Positions 50,401 to 60,760 of a DNA stretch of 64,000 nt are shown piece after piece. Every line of letters starts with the position of its first letter. Within the stretch, counting starts at the first letter, position 1. The position numbers were made by a program, and so were the translations under genes. The DNA is from Octopus sinensis (Eukaryota): the NCBI RefSeq assembly GCF_006345805.1, contig NC_043019.1:19281360-19345359 (forward strand), given 5' to 3'. Below the pieces are notes generated by a model that was not told the DNA's origin, did not search any database, and saw only the letters and a program-made list of their open reading frames with translations.

Positions 50401-53400
50401 GCAATAAGCATACCCGCTCCCCCGACTCCTTCAGTATTCCCGGCCCAGAAAATTTTATACCTCTGTCCTTTACCCATGAGGAACCTAGCAGAACCTCCTC
50501 TCCACCTCACCTCTTGAATACAGCATATATCTACACACCTCTGTTCAAGCAATTCGCCGATCTCACCAGATCTGCCTTTCAGTGTGCCAACGTTGAGGGT
50601 GCCAACCCTGAGGAAGTGGGAGGCAATGGACCTAGTAGTATCATGAACCTGAAAAGAAAACTCGCGTTTGGCAGTATTCATAGACAAACAATAAAGCTCA
50701 AGTTCAAACCGCGTACGTTACACCAAGCATATCTTGCAATGAATGACCACTACCTTTATGGAAAGAGGAACAGATGGGCATAGGAGACAACAGGGATGCG
50801 AAGTGTACATGGGGGAGAACAAGGATGAGAAAATTTGGGGCTTCCTGTAGCGTTGGGGGCAGCGTAAGACTAAGTGAAAATGGGAGACAACAAGGATGAG
50901 AAATTTCTCAAGCCTTCCTGTATCGGTGGAGGGGATGGGAGGGAGGGCGACCCGCGAAGAGTTTTATCCATCCACGCGAGCGTTCCTCTGAAATAATAAG
51001 GTTAATAAATATGTTTTCCATTTTTAACGAGATGAGGGGCTGATCGATAGACAATAATAACTAGTGAATTATACATGAAAAGTTTTAACCAGCCACGCGG
51101 GCGAGCGTTCTTCCAAGAGGAGAAAACTTATATGAAATAAATAAGGGCCTGTAAGATTTTAAATATGTATTCCACTTTTAAGCGAGATGAGGGGCTGATC
51201 GATAGACAATAATAACTAATAAATTATACATATGTAATGCGAGGCGAAGCTGAAAATAATAATAGTAAACAAAGCACAACTATGGTCATCGAATGAAATA
51301 CATGAATGGTGAGAAGAATACGGGTTGAATTTGAGTTGAATTTCTTATCTTGAAATCATTTCGTTTTCGAAGTGAAACTGGCAGAAGAAATTCCAAATGA
51401 GGAATGAGACCGTATATTTGGGGAGCTAGCTTTTAAAGGCCTAGGAAGACAAATAGTGTAGAGGCGGAAGAGGAGAAGGAAGACAGACAATGTAAAAGAG
51501 GGGGGAGGGAGAAAGGGAGAAAGAAAGAGAGAAGTACGAAGTTCCCCGCGATAAGTTTTATCCATCCACGCGAGCGTTCCTCCAAGAGGAGAAAACTTAT
51601 ATGAAATAATAAGGGCCTGTAGGATTAATAAATATGTTTTCCATTTTTAACGAGATTATCTATTTAGTAATTTAATTGATTAATAATGAAAATCATTATT
51701 TAGTAATTTAATTGATTAATAATGAAAATCATTATTTAAAGTGGTGGATATTGGTTAGAGACAAAACTGGACAAAACCTTCTGTGATATTGAATCCCTGT
51801 AAAGTTTGACTTTGCCTTTTATTCTGACAAAGTAATGTAAAATCAGTCCCAGTTAAATATTGCAGTTAATTTCACACTGTCCCTCGTTCCAGATTCCCTG
51901 ACCTTGGATTTGGGTTAGAAATTATTATAATTTTATTTGAAATCTGTTAGTAAAAAGCAGTGATTAGTGGAGTCAGTAGATTGATGGACAAACTGCCATA
52001 CATTATTTATTATAAGGGGTGGTTGATCATTTTCATCAGGTCAAGGCCAATCGGCTTTCATGATAGCCTTTCAATAGCAGAAATAAAGCATCAGGCTATT
52101 GCTACTCCTCTCCATACTATCCTGATGTAGGCAAGGCTACACTGAAGTATGGGGTGTCTGTTGAGACTCCATCTCAAGCCACTGCAATAACATTCTACCA
52201 GTGAGGAAATTGAGGGCAGCAGCAGCTTAATGTCACGCCCAGAATCTTGATAGTGAAATATCAATAGCAAAGTGACAGAAATGACTGGAAGGGTTAAAAT
52301 GTTGCTGTAACACTGTAGCAGCCATGGGGAATATGTAAGATACTTCTGTGTGTTCTGTTGCAGTTTGGACTTTCACATAATCCAGACATGGAAGGCTAGA
52401 GAGGGTACCCAAGGTAATACCTTGATTCTCCAACTGGAAGGATCACTTAACATTCTTTTTACAAGCCGATTCCACAGAATGGCTGATATTGTAGCTAGGG
52501 GTTGACAACCTAAGTAGCAGTCATCCATACACTTGATTAAATAATTTTACCTCTCCATATCTTTGACCTTGTGTCAATGCTACAAATAATTATCATTTGT
52601 GATGAGTTATGGGAACCTGATGAATGGCAGAGTCAGTAGACCACTAAATATAGTGCTTTTGTCCCTTAACTTTGTCTGTTATCCTTCAGAAGGTTATAAA
52701 CTAATTTACTAGTTAAGTATTAGGGACAATTTAATGAATACTCATTGAAGATTAAAGTCCTTGTCCCTTTGTAAAAAGTGAACATTATAGTGAAGGAACA
52801 AGTGATCTGTGTTGAATCTGTGGGGTACTGTCTTTTGTGGTATTACATTCTGAGTTCAAATCTCACCAACATAGACTTTGTCTTTCACTTCTTTATTGTT
52901 GATAAAATTAGTGCCTGCTGTTATCTGGCCCCAGGGATGCTTTCATTTAGCAAGTCTATATGCCAAAGCATTTCAGCCATGACCATTCTGTTTTAGGGTG
53001 TTTTGGGAGATTTTTAGGGCTATATTGCCCAATATGTTCTCCTTGTTTTAAGACCATAGGATGGTGATTTTAGGGTGTATATATGTATATATATATATCA
53101 TTGTTTAACATCCGCCTTCCATGCTGGCAGGAGCCAGCCAGGCAGAAGCCTGCACCAGACTTCTGCAACTGTTTTGGCAGGAATTTTACAGCTGGATGCC
53201 TTCCTAACACCAACCACCCAGCAGAATGGGCTGAGTGCAATTTACATGGCTCAAGCACAGGCGAGGTCAGTTTTGGTGAGTGTTTTACAGCTGGATGTGC
53301 TTCCAAATGCCAACCCCTTTACAGTGTGAATGCTTTTTAAATGACCCCTGCACTGAAAGAGTCACCAAGTAACTTGCAAGACAAAAAGCAAAAACAAAAA

Positions 53401-56400
53401 AAAAAAAAAGAAACAGTATTTTACTGTTGTTTCTGATAGTTCAAGTGGCTGCGTAGAGACTTCGTCATTAGCTTGATAAGTACCAATAATTAACCAAGGT
53501 TGATTCAGCCAGCTATTCTATGCTAGAAATTCATTTTTATGGATTAACAGGCTTCGAAATTAAGGTTCAAATCTTCTTCCAGTATTACATTGTGTTTGTG
53601 ATGAGTACACTTGGAAATCTCTGTGTTTCCTGAGTTAACAATGCTAACTTAACTCTAAATACTTGAAGAATGGAAACATTCTGTTTTGATTCTTTGGTCA
53701 AGACACTTAACTTTCAACACAAGTCCACTTTGCTTTCAGTCAGGAGCAAAATAGTAGTTGGCTACGGTGCGCCAGCAGTGACGACAATACAGTGAATAGT
53801 TAGCTTATTGCACCAAGTTGAAATTCTCCTTGCAGGAAAAGACCCATGTGATAGGTGGCAGGTTGCCTAACCAAGAGGAGATTTAATTACACTGGTCAAC
53901 AAAATGAAACTTTTTTAATCATCAGAGTTGCTGATTGACTTTTCTGGGTTAATTTTTGATGCTGATTACGAATCTGAAGTCTGATTTCCTCTATCAGGTC
54001 ACATTTTCATGTTAATGATACCTGCTCTTTTAACTTATAGGATACGTAAAGCATGTCTATATAAAGTATATTGAATACAAGATACGATGATTTCATGGCT
54101 TTTTATTGTACAAAATTAAAATTATTGTGTACAAATAAGTCAGAATACACTCAAATGCATAGCAACTTAAAATCTTTGGGATTTGGACTTTCTATGGTGT
54201 TTTGTCTCAGGTTCATCCCTGTATAACATCCAACAGCTAACATTCTTGCATTCCCAAATCCTTGATATCGTTGTTCCATCGATGCAATATCTTGATGAAA
54301 GTATTCCCCTTACTCCTCAGACACTGCTCTAAGGTTCTCTGCAAAAAAGTCCAGATGTGAATCAAGGAAATGGACTTTTAGTGACCCAACAGTCCATTGC
54401 AACGTTGGATTCTAGAAGACATTTCACTCCATTTCTAAACTCTAGAGATCTCTTGTTGCCTAGGAAATTTTCACAGAGCCATTTGAAGGATTCCCAGGTT
54501 TTAAGCTCAATCTCATCCAGTGCTGTGAGGAAGTGGTTGTCCTTCAGGAGTTCTTTTATCTGCGGACCTATGAATGCACCCTCCTTCAGTTTTGCTTCAG
54601 TGATTTTTGGAAATTTGGCCTTCACATATTCAAAACCTTTTGAGCTTTTCCTGGCAAGTGTCTTCACGAATTGTTTCATGAGGCCAAGCTTTATGTGAAG
54701 AAAGGGAAGAAGAACATTTTCTGGATTTAAAAGTGGTTTACTCTGGACGCTAGAAACTCCTGGCTCATATGATTTTCGCAAAGGCCACTCTGATTGCACA
54801 TAGTGCTTGTTAGTTTCATGACTGTCCCATAGGCATAAAAAGCAACAATATTTCATGCACCCAGATTGCATTCCCATCAACATTCCAATCACCTTCAAGT
54901 CTCCACACATTTTCCAGCTGTAGTTTGTATACTTTATGGCATTGAGGAGTACTTGCATGTTTTCATAACACTCCTTCACGTGCACTGAATGTCCTATGGG
55001 AATGGATGGTTTCTTATTGCCGTTGTGTAGTAATGCTGCCTTGAGGCTTCTCTTAGATCAATCAATGAATAAGCACCATTCAGCTGGAACAAACAGTGAA
55101 ATAACTCATCAGTGTTATTACTGAAACAAAGTGGTCCATCAACAGAGAAGCATGAAGTCAGATCCCAATTTCTCTTCCTGAAAAGAGTAATACAAACATC
55201 TTTCTTAAGCAGACACTTTTCTTGTAGGCGAGATGCTAATAGTTCAGCTTTATCCTTCGACAATGACCAGTCTCTAACTAAATCATTTAACTCTCCTTGA
55301 GAAAATTTCTGTGGTACGTCTTCATTTTCAATCTTGAAATCTGCATCCACTTCAGTGTCTTCCACACCAGTAGTATTTTCTTCAGGAAATGCATCTTCGT
55401 CAGACATCTGAAGGCCATTTCTGGTGGTATTGGAATGGGAAAATCATCATCGTTGTATGGTAGTGGTCTTCTTACTGATTCCAAGTTGGGATACACAATC
55501 TTATGCTTGGTCTTTATAGTAAACCCACATACATTACTAATGTTGCAGAAATAACAGTCCAAGAAATGATTCTTTGGCTCTCTCCATATCATAGGTATTG
55601 CAAATGGCATTGCTCTCTTCCTCTTATTTAGCCAGTCCCTTGGTCCATTTGAACAAGCTGAGCAGATGATGTGTGGGACCCAACTCTTATCTTGTTTCCC
55701 AAGAGAGCAGCCAAAATATAACTGGTAGATCTTCTTGATTTCACTTGTGATGGCACAAATTAAGATTTTTGGTGGTAAATGAATTACAGACATAACAAAA
55801 TATATCAGGACTGTTCTTGCAATGTCAAGACATAGTTAGAATTTACCTGTATAAGACGTTTAAGTGTAGTGATACTGCTGATGGGAGTTATATACCTCTT
55901 TTATCTCATCAGAAAAACTGTGCCTGATAGAAGGAAACCGATTACATTTTTGAAATCTGTGGACAAAACTACATATAAAACAGCATATAATATCCCTGAT
56001 GAAAATTGGCTGTTGACCAGTGTTATCTGAGCTGGTAGATTTTTCTGGTATGGAAAGGATTAACTGTTCCTTCCAAACACAGTATGGAAATATCTACAGA
56101 GTAAATGAATTTTCAATATCTTTGAAATGGTTTTGTCTGATACTACCAACCTACCCTTCATCATCTATATACATATGGAAAGATCTTACTGCATGGTACA
56201 TGCTCTGCTCTGTACTGTTGTTCTTCGTGTTTTCACTCCAGGTCAACCCTAATCCAGCAAACCTATTGTCAAGGGCATTTCAAGACTGGCTCCTCTGTTT
56301 TCATTTAATAAATCTGGGACCAGTGTTTCATACTTTTGCTAAAGATGGCAGGGTGTGATTTGAGGAATGAGACTGTTATCTCCAGCAAGTTGACTGATTG

Positions 56401-57655
56401 CAGAAGGGTCCTTATATAGGCTTCTTAGTACTAAACTGTTGTTTAGCCCAGGGCCATCTCTGATTGAGCAGACTAGAATGAAAGGCATTCTAGATGCAAG
56501 CCTGGTACAACCAGCATCCCTTTATGCAATGTGTCTTTTCATTAAGATGGAAGAATAGAAGTTAAGAAGGATCTGAACAGCCTCAAATGTGCCTCCCTAA
56601 AATTCTAACAGGTTTAGCATGTAAAGGTTGTTTTGTGAACTCATTTCCACTGGACTGTTGTTTAGTCCTGGGTCAGAGCTGACCGAGAAGACTCATGATC
56701 AAAGGCGTTCCAGTGGTGAGCTTCATGACATTTTAGGGGTAGAACTACATTCCCTAATCTTGTCTTTCCTTGTTTAAGATGGAAAGGTGGAACTTGAGGG
56801 ATATTTGAGGCTCCCATCGCTAGCAGTTTAAGAGAACATGTAGCGACCCCCCCCCCACACACACACACACATTGGCTATCAACACTGTACTGTTGAATTT
56901 CCTAATTGTAGAACATGAAGACGAGCAGAAATATGACCACCACTCCAGAAATACAATACCATGGGACGATGATACAGCATCAGTCACCATAGATGTTGCT
57001 GATTCTGATGATGAGGTTCAAAAAGAGGAGAACCAAGGTAAGTTGTCGTAATATTCTTCTATACTTAAAAGAAACGGTTTGGGAAAGACACAGCCCGAAA
57101 TAGCAAACTTGGTGGTGCCACATTATGCCAAGGCCAAAGGTTGAACTGGTCACTTCCCTCTGACATTTTGCAGTGTCTTTTTATTTCTTATGTTCACATC
57201 TTGCACTGAGGTTGATCTCTTGTTCTTATCATCGGGTCATCTTCCTGTCCTTTCTTATCTTTCAATTCTCACTGGTTGATAGAATAAGTAATGTACTGGA
57301 GTGGAGGTTTTCTGCATTCCCCACCACCCCTCTCATCACCAAACCAGTGAACCTGTTGGTGATTACCCGTCTTGCTAGAAATAGCAGCTAAGTTTTCTTT
57401 AAAGCATTTCCTGCCATCTTAAATAACAGAAAGAGCACTTTAGAAATAGTATTAAGCATAATGATAAAAGACAGGAAGGTCGTGGTTGGAACCCTTTTGA
57501 TCATAGACAGGTCCTCTTTGAGCATGGCCCAGACAACAATATGTGAATGTGGTGTAGCCGCTTACCAATGTAAATAACCATCATTTAGTTTGGAGAGGCA
57601 GGACAGGGGTGGGGAGCAACACCCATAGACTTCTCAGATTTCACCTAAATCTATG

Positions 57656-57698
<43 letters not shown>

Positions 57699-58947
57699 AT
57701 GTGTACACACTTGGTGGGAACAGTGCTGAAAGTCTGGTGTGTTTGTTAATATGTTTAGTGTTCACTTTGAATTGCTTGCAGTTATATAGATATGTTTATT
57801 TATAATCTATGTTTGTCATCATCATCATCGTTTAACATCCGCTTTCCATGCTAGCATGGGTTGGACGATGTGACTGAGGTCTGGCGAACCAGATGGCTGC
57901 ACCAGACTCCAATCTGATCTGGCAAGGTTTGTACAGCTGGATGCCCTTCCTAACGCCAACCACTCCGATAGTGTAGTGAGTGCTTTTACGTGCCACCGGC
58001 ACAAGGGCCAGTCTGGCAGCACTGGCTACGACCGCACTCGAATAGTGTTTTGTACGTGCCACCTGCACAGGAGCCAGTGTATATATACTATATATAAATA
58101 TGTTGTTTAACCCCATGTCAGCTCTCATGGAGCAGACCTATGATCAAAGTCATTCTAGCTGTTATCATCTTGTCTTTTTGTATATTATACAATATAGTCT
58201 TTCTTTGGAGTGTTCAGGAGTATTTGAACTGCTAATCCCAGCAGATCAAACAACTATAAAGAGGTTTCTCATTGGCTTACATCTTCTTTAAATATAAAAA
58301 TTCATGTCTATCCCATTTGCAAATCATCGTCTTCATTTTTATGTCCACTTTTTGATGCTTGCATGGATCAGAATTTGTTGAGGCAGACTTGTCTGCGGTT
58401 GGATGCCCTTCTTGTCACCAACTCTTGTCTGTTTCCAAGCAAGGTAATATTTCCCTCATGGCCGGACTTGTTCTCACAGAATATTGGAAATAAATGGCAC
58501 TGCATGTATGATAGTGACACCTGTTTTACAACAATCACACAAAGTCATGACTACCTCATAAGCAACGGCACAGACTAGAAATGGATCCATCCAGTCCCTC
58601 CAGTTTCTAGTATTTTCTCTAATCTTCCATGATTGTCTTTATATATATGAGTGAGTATATAAATATATACATACATATATAATTTATATATAGAGGGCAT
58701 AATTATACATACATGCCAGGAGGCATTATATATACCTGCCAAACGCTAAGAGGGACAATCAGTCATTTCTACCAAAAATATTACTAATCCCACCGAATGC
58801 AATTTTTCAAAGTAAGACATTTAAAAATATATAGGCCTGTATCACAGTGATTTCATACTTACGTAATCATCAGCAGGCCTGAATGTATTATAAATAAACA
58901 ACGACCCTGCCTCGCTTAAGCCGAACAGCTAACTGATCATTACATAC

Positions 58948-58985
<38 letters not shown>

Positions 58986-60484
58986 GTGACAGAAATAGAT
59001 AGACACCCCATAAAACATTGTTTTATGTTTATCCTAACTTGTAAAGGTTCATATTTTCTATTAATTGACATTTCTATGGTTCAGCTTCTATATATCACTG
59101 TTTAATCATGCTATGTACAAAAGAAACCTTGGAACTGTCTGAATTTCAAAGAGGCCATATTGTGGTCATTCTGAAGGTGGACATAATCAGTGTAAAATTA
59201 CATGAAACCTGCTTTCTACAGTTAATAGAGTGATTGTGCAATTCACCAGAGAGGGAAAGGAGTCTGCATCACCTCGTCCAGATCAGGCAGGGCCCTCTGA
59301 CAGGACCCTTCTCTTTACTAAGTGAAGTTTGGAAGATAATGCTCGTTGGAAGGCCTCTAACATGGCAGAACAAGTTGATGTCAGTCCAAGAACAGATGTC
59401 AAGTATCTCCACAAACTTGGTTACTATGGCAGAGCAGCAAGAGGGAAGCCACTTCTTCAACCAGCCAACATCAAGCGGGGAAAAGATTGGGCTAGTGAGA
59501 TGGTAGAGAGGCCACTAGCATTTTGGAACACTGTCATATTCTCTGATGAGTCCAAATTTGCTGTATTTCTTGACAGTGGTCGAATGTGGGTCTGGAGGCT
59601 CTGATCAAGAATTTGATGTGAAAAGATTGCAGCCAACAATGAAACACTGCAGCTATTCTTTGATGGTCTGGGGAGCAATGGCTGATCAGAGCTGGTGGAG
59701 TGTGAGGGAAACATAAACTCAGATAAATATGTGTCCATATTGAAGAAAGAACTCCTTCCAATCTTCTTCAGGGGGAAATGATTAAAGAAGACTCTTTATT
59801 TATGGAAGATGAGGCTCCTTGTCAAACAGCTAAAATGACCCAAGATTTGTCAGAAAAGAATGGCATTACAAAGCTTCCATGGCCGAGCCAATCATCAGAT
59901 ATGAACCCTATTAAGCACTTCTTGGACATGATGGACAGGACACTTGGTAAAAAGAACAAGAAAGCATCTTCAAAGCCAGATCTTTTGAGATTACTGCATG
60001 AAACTTGGTAAGAAATTCCGCACGTGTGATCATCTGATCAGTAACATGCTAAAAGGGTCGTTGCCTTGAAAAATGCAAAGAGTATGTCTACTAAATATCA
60101 CATGTTCTCATTATAACAACTAACAAATAATCTGAATGTATAACTTCAGATTTAAGGAAATTTTAATGATTATAAGGGCGTCTGTTTACTTCTGTCATGT
60201 CTGTGTGTGTGTATGTGTATACATTGCTTTCCTTTCTGTCTTATTTTTTTCTCCAGAGCCCTGCCAAACCTTAATCCAACAACAAACTTGGTTACGCCCT
60301 TAATCATGCTGTTGCCACTGCATGGCACCAAACGCAACACATTGGCACACCAGACATGCACACACACACATACAAAGATAAGCATGACCCAGACATATTC
60401 ATACATACACACACTCATACATGCATACAAAACTCCATAAACACATACATACACACAATAAATACCAACACACCTGTATACATG

Positions 60485-60516
<32 letters not shown>

Positions 60517-60720
60517 TGATACACCACACACCAGTAAACCAATGCTGCCAGCTCCCCCAGGCACACATATACAATAAACACACACACAGCAAATACACGT
60601 GTACCAGATAAGTACCACACACACACACACACACACACATGTTGTTGTTAACAATTCTCTCTTCATTTCCCAAACAGTGGTGACACCAACGTCCTGTCCA
60701 GCCATCCTAGGAATCCTAGG

Positions 60721-60760
<40 letters not shown>

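Noticed and set aside
58855-58862. ATACTTAC as a U1 snRNA 5' end
   Set aside because: The match stops after 8 nt; no U1 body or Sm site follows.
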